A stretch of 64,000 bases of DNA from Oligoflexales bacterium (GTDB taxonomy: Bacteria; Bdellovibrionota_B; Oligoflexia; Oligoflexales; Bog-1112): the NCBI GenBank assembly GCA_045106415.1, contig JBGCEP010000018.1:55848-119847 (forward strand). The letters run 5' to 3'. The position numbers were made by a program, and so were the translations under genes. The notes below the pieces were generated by a model. It did not search any database and was not told the origin of the DNA. It was given only the letters and a program-made list of their open reading frames with translations. Positions 1 to 8,605 of this stretch are shown piece by piece. How positions within the stretch are numbered: position 1 is the first letter of the stretch; every line of letters begins with the position of its first letter.

Positions 1-1704
1 ACACATCATGGCTACTTGCTTTTCAAGCCCACGCAGGCCACTTTCTCGGGTGTAACCTCGGATGAGCGCTTTTAGAGCGGGTGAAGAGACTTTCACTCGT
101 TCTGTTGTCAGACCTGTTTCCACAATCTGCTTTGGAAGCAAAAATCGCTTTGCAATATCCGCTTTTTCATCTTCGGAATAACCTGACACATCGATAATTT
201 CAAGGCGGTCTCTCAGCGCGTGTGGAATCGATTCGAGATGATTCGCATTTGCAATGAACATAACTTCACTGAGATCAAATGAAACACCAAGGTAGTGATC
301 CACAAATTTATGATTTTGCTCTGGATCCAGAACTTCTAGCAACGCTGATGAAGGATCTCCTCGGTGATCTGAGCCTAACTTATCAATCTCATCAAGCATA
401 ATCACTGGGTTCATAGCACCTGTTGCTTTGAGAGCACTAATAATACGCCCAGGAAACGCACCAACATATGTCTTTCTATGACCTCGAATATCAGCTTCAT
501 CACGCACCCCTCCAAGGGAAATCCTTGAAAAAGGGCGGCCCATACACTCAGCAACAGAACGTCCTAAACTTGTTTTACCGACACCGGGAGGGCCTACAAA
601 ACATAAAATAGGACTTTTGGCACTTGAGTTTAATTTCTTTACAGCAAGATATTCAAGTACACGATCTTTAACCTGCGTCAGACCATAGTGATCTTTATCA
701 AGAGTCTCTTGAGCTCTTTTCATATCAAGATTATCTTCTGTTCGAATATCCCAAGGCAAAGACAACAAGGTTTCAATATGAGTCCGTGTAAGAGCTGCTT
801 CACTTGTATCTTGATGCATACGCTCGAGTCGCTTCATTTGACGAATAAGCTCTTCACGAGCCTCCTCTGACACTTCGACCTCATCAAGCTGTTTCCATAG
901 CGCCTCAGCTTCATCTCTCATGTCAGCATCACCAAGCTCAGAACGAAGAGCTCGAATTTGCTCTCTCAGATAATGCTCGCGCTGCACTTTCCCGATTTCT
1001 TCTTTTGCTTGCGATTGAATCCGAACCTGCATTTGAAAAACTTCGATCTCACGGCATAAGTAAGCATGAACCCTAGACAGTCTTTCCACAGGATCGCCAA
1101 CCACAAGAATTCTTTGGCCTTCCACAACCTTCAAACCCAAATTAGCAGCAACCAAATCTGCAAGACGACCTGGCTCTTTAACATCTTCTAAGATCATCAA
1201 AATATCAGGCGATAAAACTTTACCTAAACTGACAACCTTTTCAAGATTTTCTCGTACAGCACGAATCATCGCTTCAACTTCAGGTTGAGTATGCGCAAGG
1301 TCGGGTTCCGGCAAAGCTTGAATACTGACTAATGGGAATGTTTCTGTCGATACAAGCTGAGAAATAGTTGCTTTCTCTACACCCTGCACCAACACCTTCA
1401 TCCGGCCATCTGGAAGTCGTCTTGTTCTCATGATGGAACACACTGTTCCAACATCATAAACATCAAAAGGTGCTGCTAAAGTGCACACAAGACTTTCATC
1501 TTGTAGGTGAGGCTCTGTTGCCTGAAAAGCAGAAAGAAAAATCTTTCGTTCACCTTCAAGTGCTTTTTCCACAGCTTGAATACAAAGATCTTCACTGATG
1601 AAAACGGGCACAATCATGTGCGGGAAGACAATAATATCTTTTAGGGGCAAAAGCGGCAATTCGCTCTCAACACATCCTGGGCGTCCATCTGCTGCGGTCG
1701 TCAT
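1..1704 (-). CDS. lon: ATP-dependent Lon protease (3' end runs off window)
   Basis: Manual translation from ATG at 1704 (RBS GGAGG): LPLLPLKDIIVFPHMIVP N-domain, Walker A GPPGVGKTS, GHRKTYVGAFPGRI, LDEIDK, DPSSALLEVLDPEQN. Absent from ORF track because it has no stop in the window. Confidence 0.95.
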   Translation of the reverse strand, partial: MTTAADGRPGCVESELPLLPLKDIIVFPHMIVPVFISEDLCIQAVEKALEGERKIFLSAFQATEPHLQDESLVCTLAAPFDVYDVGTVCSIMRTRRLPDGRMKVLVQGVEKATISQLVSTETFPLVSIQALPEPDLAHTQPEVEAMIRAVRENLEKVVSLGKVLSPDILMILEDVKEPGRLADLVAANLGLKVVEGQRILVVGDPVERLSRVHAYLCREIEVFQMQVRIQSQAKEEIGKVQREHYLREQIRALRSELGDADMRDEAEALWKQLDEVEVSEEAREELIRQMKRLERMHQDTSEAALTRTHIETLLSLPWDIRTEDNLDMKRAQETLDKDHYGLTQVKDRVLEYLAVKKLNSSAKSPILCFVGPPGVGKTSLGRSVAECMGRPFSRISLGGVRDEADIRGHRKTYVGAFPGRIISALKATGAMNPVIMLDEIDKLGSDHRGDPSSALLEVLDPEQNHKFVDHYLGVSFDLSEVMFIANANHLESIPHALRDRLEIIDVSGYSEDEKADIAKRFLLPKQIVETGLTTERVKVSSPALKALIRGYTRESGLRGLEKQVAMMC

Positions 1705-1758
1705 CAGCCTCCTCACTGACCCTAAGGTCACGACATAGCGTTGTTTATCTAAAGACTC

Positions 1759-1785
1759 TTGTCGGCATTCCACACAACATCTTAA
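1759..1785 (-). promoter_or_regulatory. sigma28/FliA-like promoter upstream of lon
   Basis: Minus strand TTAAGATG-N11-GCCGACAA versus consensus TAAAGTTT-N11-GCCGATAA. Confidence 0.5.
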
Positions 1786-1874
1786 TGAAAGAAGTGCCTA
1801 GAAATTCTCCAAAAGTTAAGAAAACCCTCGTGCCCAGAGACCAAGTCAAAGGAGTATTCGACCACAGCGATATA

Positions 1875-2468
1875 CTATTCTGACTTAGGAACCACAACTC
1901 GGACCATTGACGCTCTTAATAAGCGATCGTGCAATTGATAACCTCTAGCAAATTCCATTTGTACCAGCTCTTCTGTCACGTCATCACTCTCTTCTCGAGC
2001 AATCGCTTGGTGCAGCTCTGGATCAAAAGCTTTGCCTTCTGCTTCAATCGCTTGAAGTCCATGTTTCTCAAAAACGTCCCACATTTGTTTTTGGACAAGC
2101 TTCATACCTTCCACGATTTCTTCTGCTGAAGCAGAACTCAGTCCTGCTTGCTGAAGACTATCCATGACCGGAAGAAGGTCTTTAAAAAAACCTTCTTGTC
2201 CGTAACGCGCAAGATCCTCTTTTTCTTTAAGAGTTCTTTTGCGAAGGTTGTCCATTTCAGCTCTCACACGAAGATAATCGTTGTGATACTTCTTCGATTC
2301 GGCTTTGTTATCTTCGAGTTCTTTTTCCAAACTCGTCAATCTTTCCTCTGTCTGGTCTGTCACAGAAGGCTCCTGGGACAAAGTCGAATCACATGGTTCA
2401 GAACCTGTGGTCGCCGCTGTTGAAATATTCTCTGGCTCATGGGCAGCAGATTGATCTTGTTCCAGCAC
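1875..2468 (-). CDS. grpE: nucleotide exchange factor GrpE
   Basis: YLRVRAEMDNLRKR, LLPVMDSL, FDPELHQAI, GYQLHDRLLRASMV; GTG start with GAGGAG RBS. Confidence 0.95.
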   Translation of the reverse strand: MLEQDQSAAHEPENISTAATTGSEPCDSTLSQEPSVTDQTEERLTSLEKELEDNKAESKKYHNDYLRVRAEMDNLRKRTLKEKEDLARYGQEGFFKDLLPVMDSLQQAGLSSASAEEIVEGMKLVQKQMWDVFEKHGLQAIEAEGKAFDPELHQAIAREESDDVTEELVQMEFARGYQLHDRLLRASMVRVVVPKSE

Positions 2469-2941
2469 AACATTCTCCTCAAAAACACACTACACTAGAA
2501 CATCTTCGTAGCGGATGTGAGAGCGAATGGCAAGCCTAGATATCATCAATTCCTACCCTCTATTATGATATCGCCTCCCGACGGCCTCATACTCGGCAAG
2601 ATTGACGTAGCTTTTAACCACCTAAAATACATATTAAAAATATTAAACTTGCACTTTCTTTCCTTTTAGAGAAAACCGTCTACACCTTGCTAAAATAGTC
2701 ATTTTTTTAAGAGAGCGACCCATAATTATTGACTTAAGTTTTCAAACTTTATAGATTCAACCGCGCGTTTATACGTCACTCAATTCACGGGCCCTAGTAC
2801 GCTTCTGTCTCAGCAATTTTAAACGAATTTAACGCGCTGTAACCAAAATCAAAAAACATAAACAGCTACTGCGATGAATAAAACTTTGTGCTAATTTGGC
2901 TGTGTTTTTGAAAGAAATTGATCAAAAGGCTGGAGAAAAAC

Positions 2942-3229
2942 ATGCACCATGACGAACGAGAACACGTACAAGCTCAAAAATCGGCTCACTCCGAGCTTGA
3001 CCACCTCTCCTTAGAGGATGTTGTCGGCCTCAAGGTTCAACGCTTTCTAGATCAAATTGGTGAGTTTTACCCTGAAAACCTCCACACTGAGTTCATGCGC
3101 CAAGCAGAACGACCCTTAATTGATCAAGTTCTCACACGAACGGGTGGAAACCAGGTCCAAGCCGCAAAAATTCTAGGGATCAATCGCAACACTCTGCGAA
3201 AAAAAATGCAATTTCATAAACTGTCATAA
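2942..3229 (+). CDS. Fis-like helix-turn-helix DNA-binding protein
   Basis: C-terminal ERPLI..VL..TGGNQVQAAKILGINRNTLRKK (HTH_8); ATG 2942 preferred (GGAGA RBS). Confidence 0.85.
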   Translation: MHHDEREHVQAQKSAHSELDHLSLEDVVGLKVQRFLDQIGEFYPENLHTEFMRQAERPLIDQVLTRTGGNQVQAAKILGINRNTLRKKMQFHKLS

Positions 3230-3254
3230 AGCCAATAAATCCTTACTACCTAAA

Positions 3255-3283
3255 CATGAAGATTGACTCAAACAATCTTCATG
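3255..3283. terminator. 11-bp inverted repeat downstream of fis-like gene
   Basis: CATGAAGATTG-N7-CAATCTTCATG; no clear U-tract. Confidence 0.45.
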
Positions 3284-3330
3284 GCGGATAAAATTATTTG
3301 AACAAAGATTAAAAAAGACTTATAAGGCTT

Positions 3331-4113
3331 ATGAATTCACTATCGTTAGGGATGCTCATGACCCACGTTTTCTTATTGCTCATCACAATTTTATCTACAC
3401 ACGCTTCTGCAGCACCCATGGCGGAAAGTTTTCCTGTCGATGGCCCTAACTGCTACAACACAGCGTTGAGGCTTCACGGCTTGATTGAAGAAGATCGTTA
3501 TGTCGGCTATTCCGAGTGCAAAGCATTTTTAAACAAGTTTTTCACTGAGCAATCAGCAGCACAGGAATCTCAGGATTTGGACATTATTGCATATGGGGAC
3601 CTAGCACACGTCATTGTACAAACAAGTCAAAATAATTTTTTTCATAAACTTGGCGTTGCAAAAGAATATAAGCGAGAAGCTCTAGAAAAAGACAAAATGA
3701 ATCAGCTCCTTATTAAGTCAAAAATCTCTTTATGGCCTAAAAAAATATACCGTTACAATGGAAATCAAGAGCACCTTTATTCAAACCAAGAAAAAAAATG
3801 GCTTAAAGCTTTTGCATCTTTATTCATCACACCAAAATTTTTCAACCAAGCTCACCTCGCCATCCGCACACGAGAAATACTCGATTCTTTAAAGAAGAAG
3901 TCGAAATCACAGTTTTTTCATCATGCATTAGACAGTTTTTATGAACTCACAACTCGCATGATAGAAAACGCTGAACACAAGAAATATGCAAACCCGTTTC
4001 TATGCACAACCCTTAAACCTCTATCAGAAGATCAAAAACAAAGTTTAAATCACCAAATCGATGCGATTTCACTTCATCCGACAGCAGAAGCTTTATTTGA
4101 TATTTTAAAATAA
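3331..4113 (+). CDS. secreted hypothetical protein, possible papain/NlpC-P60-like Cys-His fold
   Basis: Signal-peptide-like N-terminus ending ASA-A; GPNCYN motif and downstream DLAHVI...FFHKLG. Confidence 0.5.
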   Translation: MNSLSLGMLMTHVFLLLITILSTHASAAPMAESFPVDGPNCYNTALRLHGLIEEDRYVGYSECKAFLNKFFTEQSAAQESQDLDIIAYGDLAHVIVQTSQNNFFHKLGVAKEYKREALEKDKMNQLLIKSKISLWPKKIYRYNGNQEHLYSNQEKKWLKAFASLFITPKFFNQAHLAIRTREILDSLKKKSKSQFFHHALDSFYELTTRMIENAEHKKYANPFLCTTLKPLSEDQKQSLNHQIDAISLHPTAEALFDILK

Positions 4114-4138
4114 AAAATAGAAAGACTGGGTAAAAAAA

Positions 4139-5500
4139 TCACAAACTCGACACATCGTCTTTGATGAGATTATGGAATGATACAAAATTTGGCAACCAAG
4201 CTAAAGTCACTGTTCCTGTTTCACCGTGACGGTTTTTCGCAAGAATAACTTCTGACTGACCAGCTAGTTCTGAGTCTGTATTATAGTATTCATCTCGATA
4301 CACAAATAAAATTAAATCAGCATCTTGCTCCATAGAGCCTGATTCTCTCAAATCAGAAATTCTCGGGCGTTTATCAGGACGAGCATCAGGACCTCTATTC
4401 AACTGTGCCAAAGCAATAACAGGAACGTTAAGTTCTTTAGCCATTGCTTTCAAGTTTGTAGAAATTTCACTAATCTCTCTTTCTCGACCTTGTTTTCGCG
4501 CTGTATCACTTGCTGTCATGAGCTGAAGATAGTCAATCACCACCATGGATAAGCCGTGCTCTTTTTTATAACGGCGACACCGTGACCGTACTTCACTCAC
4601 AGAGATTGCCGGAGTTTCATCAATCATCAAACGGTAGCCTAAATCATGCATGCGCCGAGCCGCCGCTGCTAAATCATCTTGCTCTTCAACCCCAAGATCA
4701 CCTCGCCTTAACTTTGTAGAATCAATCCGTCCTTCTGCCGACAAAACCCTCTGCATAAGCTGCTCTCGAGACATCTCCAGAGTAAAGATTGCAACATGAG
4801 ATTCTTTTTTCGACTTCAAAGCATTCATAGCCCAGTTCAAGGCCAGCGCTGTTTTACCCATACCTGGGCGAGCCGCTAAAATAATTAAATCAGATCCTTG
4901 CCACCCACTCGTTGTGTGATCAAGGTCTGTAAAACCAGTAGAGACACCAGTAACACCACCACCACCTTCAATGCGGCGCTCAAGATCTGCGATCGTTGCT
5001 TCCAACACCTCGGGTGCAGAAGTAAGACCAATAGAAAGGTCTCTTTCGCGACTGATGTCGAGAAACTCTTGCTCAACATTCGCCATAAATTGCTGAACAT
5101 CACCATCTACATCTGCAGCTTGTTGCGCCGTTTCCTGACACCTTAAAATCACTCGGCGAGCAAAATATTTCTCTCTAATAAGTTTACCGAAATGCTCAAC
5201 GTTTTGCGTCAGCGGTGCTTTTTCCGATAGCTCAAGTAGAAAAGTATACGTGACATCTTTTCGAAGCTTTTGTGAAATTGTAATGGGATCAACGGGCTCA
5301 TTATGAAGATCAAGCTCTAAAAATGCCTGAAAAATCTTCCTATGAACATCTGAGAAGAAGTGCTCTGGACGAAGCCGAGTTCGACTTGTAAGAATATCTA
5401 GCTGATTCGGGCTGCGAAGAACAGCGCCTAGGACAGCACATTCTGCCTCAAGTGCATGAGGAAGCTGTAAAGAACTTGCTGACACAGGCGCTACTTTCAC
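4139..5500 (-). CDS. dnaB: replicative DNA helicase DnaB
   Basis: LPHALEAECAVLGAVL, AARPGMGKT, IDYLQL, LAQLNR, DLRESGSMEQDAD, KNRHGETG. Confidence 0.97.
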   Translation of the reverse strand: MKVAPVSASSLQLPHALEAECAVLGAVLRSPNQLDILTSRTRLRPEHFFSDVHRKIFQAFLELDLHNEPVDPITISQKLRKDVTYTFLLELSEKAPLTQNVEHFGKLIREKYFARRVILRCQETAQQAADVDGDVQQFMANVEQEFLDISRERDLSIGLTSAPEVLEATIADLERRIEGGGGVTGVSTGFTDLDHTTSGWQGSDLIILAARPGMGKTALALNWAMNALKSKKESHVAIFTLEMSREQLMQRVLSAEGRIDSTKLRRGDLGVEEQDDLAAAARRMHDLGYRLMIDETPAISVSEVRSRCRRYKKEHGLSMVVIDYLQLMTASDTARKQGREREISEISTNLKAMAKELNVPVIALAQLNRGPDARPDKRPRISDLRESGSMEQDADLILFVYRDEYYNTDSELAGQSEVILAKNRHGETGTVTLAWLPNFVSFHNLIKDDVSSL

Positions 5501-5510
5501 TCACTATCAA

Positions 5511-5960
5511 TCAACCAGCGACAACCCAAACCTTAATTTGAGCGTCGACATCACGATCAAGTTCGATCTTGACGTCATAAGAACCGATTGTCTTAATTTC
5601 AGGAACAACAATCTGACGTTTTGATAATTCATAACCTTCGGCTTGTAGCATTTGCTGAAGTTCAGCAGTTGTTACAGATCCGAAAATACGATCATCTTCA
5701 CCAACTTGTTTTGTGACATTCAAAGAAACAGATGCCAACTTTTTCGCTTGAGCACGATAAGTCTCAAGAAGAGTTTGGCGTTTCTTATCAAGAACACGAC
5801 GCTGGTGCTGAAGCTCACGCTCGTTGCTTAAGTTTGCAACAACAGCTTTTGCTCGTGGAATTAAAAAATTACGAGCATAGCCGCCACGAACAGTCACAAC
5901 TTCACCCATAGCACCTAAAGAAGGAACATCGGAAGTTAAAATCAAACGCATCTGACTCAT
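5511..5960 (-). CDS. rplI: 50S ribosomal protein L9
   Basis: LG..GEVVTVRGGYARNFLIP, IFGSVT. Confidence 0.97.
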   Translation of the reverse strand: MSQMRLILTSDVPSLGAMGEVVTVRGGYARNFLIPRAKAVVANLSNERELQHQRRVLDKKRQTLLETYRAQAKKLASVSLNVTKQVGEDDRIFGSVTTAELQQMLQAEGYELSKRQIVVPEIKTIGSYDVKIELDRDVDAQIKVWVVAG

Positions 5961-5976
5961 AACGAATCCCTTTCTA

Positions 5977-6441
5977 TTAAGCTTTCATAGCTGGTTTACG
6001 ACGTTCGCCACGATCACCACGATCACCACGATCACCACGATCACCACGATCACCACGATCACCACGATCACTTTTTTCACGAACGTCTTTGCTTGCTGCT
6101 GCTAGCGCTTCTTGCTTTGCAATTTCAGCTTTACGGACTTCAACATCAACGTTTTCACCAACACGTACAGACATGTAGCGCAAGATGTAATCGTCAATAC
6201 GCATAAGACGTTCAGCTTCTGCCAAATTTTCTGGCTTTGCTGTTAAATCATAATGTACGTAATGTCCACGGAATTGCTTTTCCATAGAAAAAGCAAGCTT
6301 CCTAGAACCCCAGTCACTTTTGCGAATCACTTCACCGCCATCGGCAGTAACAATGCTCTCGTAACGGGAAAACAGGGCCAAACGCTCTTCTTCTGGCAAC
6401 TGTGTACTACCAATAATCGTGAGTTCATACTCTCTTAACAT
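5977..6441 (-). CDS. rpsF: 30S ribosomal protein S6 with (DRG)7 tail
   Basis: MLREYELTII...WGSRKLAFSMEK..GHY; ATG 6441 with GGGAGG RBS (ORF-track start 6504 overlaps pth). Confidence 0.95.
   Translation of the reverse strand: MLREYELTIIGSTQLPEEERLALFSRYESIVTADGGEVIRKSDWGSRKLAFSMEKQFRGHYVHYDLTAKPENLAEAERLMRIDDYILRYMSVRVGENVDVEVRKAEIAKQEALAAASKDVREKSDRGDRGDRGDRGDRGDRGDRGERRKPAMKA
6008..6070. repeat. perfect 9-bp tandem repeat (CCACGATCA)x7 in rpsF 3' end
   Basis: Counted directly; encodes DRG x7 on minus strand. Confidence 0.95.
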
Positions 6442-6460
6442 GACTTCCCTCCCATCGGGA

Positions 6461-6997
6461 CTAACTTCTAGCTTCACGAAACATGGCTTCAAGACGCTGC
6501 TCACCCGAAGGTAGCATCAACTCTTCCAAGTCTCTTAATTCATCCGGGCTCATACGTCCCAAAACCCAAGACGACACATCACCCTGTGCGGGCCGCCCAA
6601 CACCTAATTTGATACGGCCAAAACCGTCGTTCCCCGTAAGCTGTAGGATACTGCGGACGCCATTATGGCCTCCGTGCCCTCCACCCTTACGAGCTTTGAC
6701 AACTCCTGCACTCAGATCAATGTCATCGTAAATTAAAACAACATCTTCGGCTTTTAACTTGTAAAAAGAAATAGCAGGAGCTACAGACTCACCACTTTTA
6801 TTCATCCAAGTTTGCGGCTTTAAAAATAAGCAGCTTTCACCATAAATCTGGCCGTTGCCAAATTCACCCTGAAATTTTTTGCCACCCCAAGTTCCACCAT
6901 GCTTCTCAACTAAAAGATCTAAAAACTTCCAACCAATATTATGGCGGGTGTCTTCATATTGAGAACCAGGATTTCCTAAAGCGACGAGTAATTTCAA
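6461..6997 (-). CDS. pth: peptidyl-tRNA hydrolase
   Basis: LGNPG..Y..TRHNIG, LKPQTWMN.SG, GGHGGHNGVRSI. Confidence 0.96.
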   Translation of the reverse strand: MKLLVALGNPGSQYEDTRHNIGWKFLDLLVEKHGGTWGGKKFQGEFGNGQIYGESCLFLKPQTWMNKSGESVAPAISFYKLKAEDVVLIYDDIDLSAGVVKARKGGGHGGHNGVRSILQLTGNDGFGRIKLGVGRPAQGDVSSWVLGRMSPDELRDLEELMLPSGEQRLEAMFREARS

Positions 6998-7014
6998 GGC
7001 AACATTCCATGTTC

Positions 7015-7296
7015 TTAAACAAACATCAAATCAACATGTAAAGCACTTCGCTTTACAGCATTAATTTGCAGTTCATGGATTCGAACTTTTTTGACATCGC
7101 CACTCAAGTCAAGATTGAACTCTCGACTTTCGCTCTGCCACGCTTTTGACAACCACTTCGGGTCAAGTTCGATACAGGTATTGCCACTTTTGCTTTGAAT
7201 GATTCCAGGAATCCACCCTGTAGCACGAAGTCTACGAGCAGGACCTTTTCCATGTGTCTCGCGCAAACGGCCTTCAATTTTTACAAGATCAGACAT
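7015..7296 (-). CDS. rplY: 50S ribosomal protein L25, short single-domain form
   Basis: GKGPARRLRATGWIPG...LHVDL; lies between prs and pth; ~93 aa. Confidence 0.9.
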   Translation of the reverse strand: MSDLVKIEGRLRETHGKGPARRLRATGWIPGIIQSKSGNTCIELDPKWLSKAWQSESREFNLDLSGDVKKVRIHELQINAVKRSALHVDLMFV

Positions 7297-7479
7297 TGAT
7301 ATCTCCACTTGGCTCTTTTAAGAGCTCTGGTCTTTTGGCATACAAGACACGACTTGCGTCTATCCTAGGCATAGCCCGGACGCCAGATGTTCTGTATACC
7401 GGAGTCAGCCATGTTATTCAAGTCCTAATCACAAGACAAGGAGATTCAGAGTAAACTCAAAGATATTTTTGGAAAAGAG

Positions 7480-8430
7480 TTATTTTTCATGGAAAAGAGC
7501 GCTGATCGATTCGTGCTTTTGCAGACGAATCACAGCTTGCCCTAAAAGCTCACCAACACTGACCTGTTCTATCTTTTCACAGACTTGTGCAGCAGCACTC
7601 AAGGGAATTGAGTTTGTGACCACCAATTTCTGAATAGGTGAGTCTATTATTTTCGCAACGGCATCACCGCTTAATACAGCGTGTGCTACGGCGGCTTGAA
7701 CACTTTTTGCACCTGCGCTATGTAAAGCTTGAGCCCCTCGGACAAGGCTTCCGGCTGTGTCCACAATATCATCGACAATCAGGCAGTCTTTGCCTTTCAC
7801 GTCTCCAATGATATGCATCACCATAGATTCATTTGGTTTGTCACGTCGTTTATCAATAATACCTAAACCACAGTTCAGCCGCTTTGCCATCGCTCGTGCA
7901 CGCTCTACCCCACCAGCATCAGGGGACACCACCATCCAGTCTTTTTGTTCTCGGCACTTTTCCAGCCAATCAAAAAAAACAGAGTTTGCGAACAAATGAT
8001 CAACAGGGACGCTAAAAAAACCTTGAATGGCAGAGGTGTGGAGCTCCAAAGCTAAAACACGGGACACACCTGCTGCCTCATACAAATCTGCGACTAACTT
8101 TGCAGTAATTGGAGTTCTTGGAGCATTCTTTCTCTCTTGTCGAGAGTAACCAAAATACGGCATAACCAAAGTAATGGAAGAAGCAGAAGCCCTCGAGCAG
8201 GCATCAACCATGATCAAAGCTTCCATGATTAAATGATTTGCAGGAGCTGAGGTTGGCTGGACAATATAAACATCTCGCCCTCGAACATTCTCTTTAAGTT
8301 CAACACGAGTTTCACCATCCGCAAACGATGACACCAAGGCCTGACCTAAACGCCCACCCGTTTCTTTCGCAATTTCAACTGCAAGATCCGGATTACCACT
8401 ACCACTAAATATAATATAGTTTTTATCCAA
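7480..8430 (-). CDS. prs: ribose-phosphate pyrophosphokinase
   Basis: FADGE, PYFGYSRQ, VSPDAGGVERA, IVDDIVDTAGS; TTG start at 8430 (track extension runs into tRNA-Gln). Confidence 0.95.
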   Translation of the reverse strand: MDKNYIIFSGSGNPDLAVEIAKETGGRLGQALVSSFADGETRVELKENVRGRDVYIVQPTSAPANHLIMEALIMVDACSRASASSITLVMPYFGYSRQERKNAPRTPITAKLVADLYEAAGVSRVLALELHTSAIQGFFSVPVDHLFANSVFFDWLEKCREQKDWMVVSPDAGGVERARAMAKRLNCGLGIIDKRRDKPNESMVMHIIGDVKGKDCLIVDDIVDTAGSLVRGAQALHSAGAKSVQAAVAHAVLSGDAVAKIIDSPIQKLVVTNSIPLSAAAQVCEKIEQVSVGELLGQAVIRLQKHESISALFHEK

Positions 8431-8453
8431 GGTCGTAACCTCGAGAAGAAGGA

Positions 8454-8529
8454 TGGCTGGGGCGGCAGGATTCGAACCTGCGCGTGCTAGAATCAAAATC
8501 TAGTGTCTTAACCGCTTGACTACGCCCCA
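8454..8529 (-). tRNA. tRNA-Gln(TTG)
   Basis: TGGGGCGTAGTCAAGCGGTTAAGACACTAGATTTTGATTCTAG...GGTTCGAATCCTGCCGCCCCAGCCA; cloverleaf with CCA; tRNA-Gln-prs synteny. Confidence 0.96.
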
Positions 8530-8605
8530 AGAGAATATAGCTCTCTGAACTAGAGAACTGTTTACTACGTATGCCGCAGGTGGTCAAGAGAGAATCCTGT
8601 TTTTT

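Noticed and set aside
2897..2912. sigma54-like promoter before the fis-like gene
   Set aside because: TGGC is present but the -12 element reads TTGA, lacking the conserved GC
6008..6070. Possible CRISPR or iteron array
   Set aside because: Contiguous 9-bp units without spacers, in frame within rpsF; no cas genes in the window
8431..8496. N-terminal extension of prs in the ORF track
   Set aside because: Lies inside tRNA-Gln; the TTG at 8430 has an RBS and matches normal Prs length
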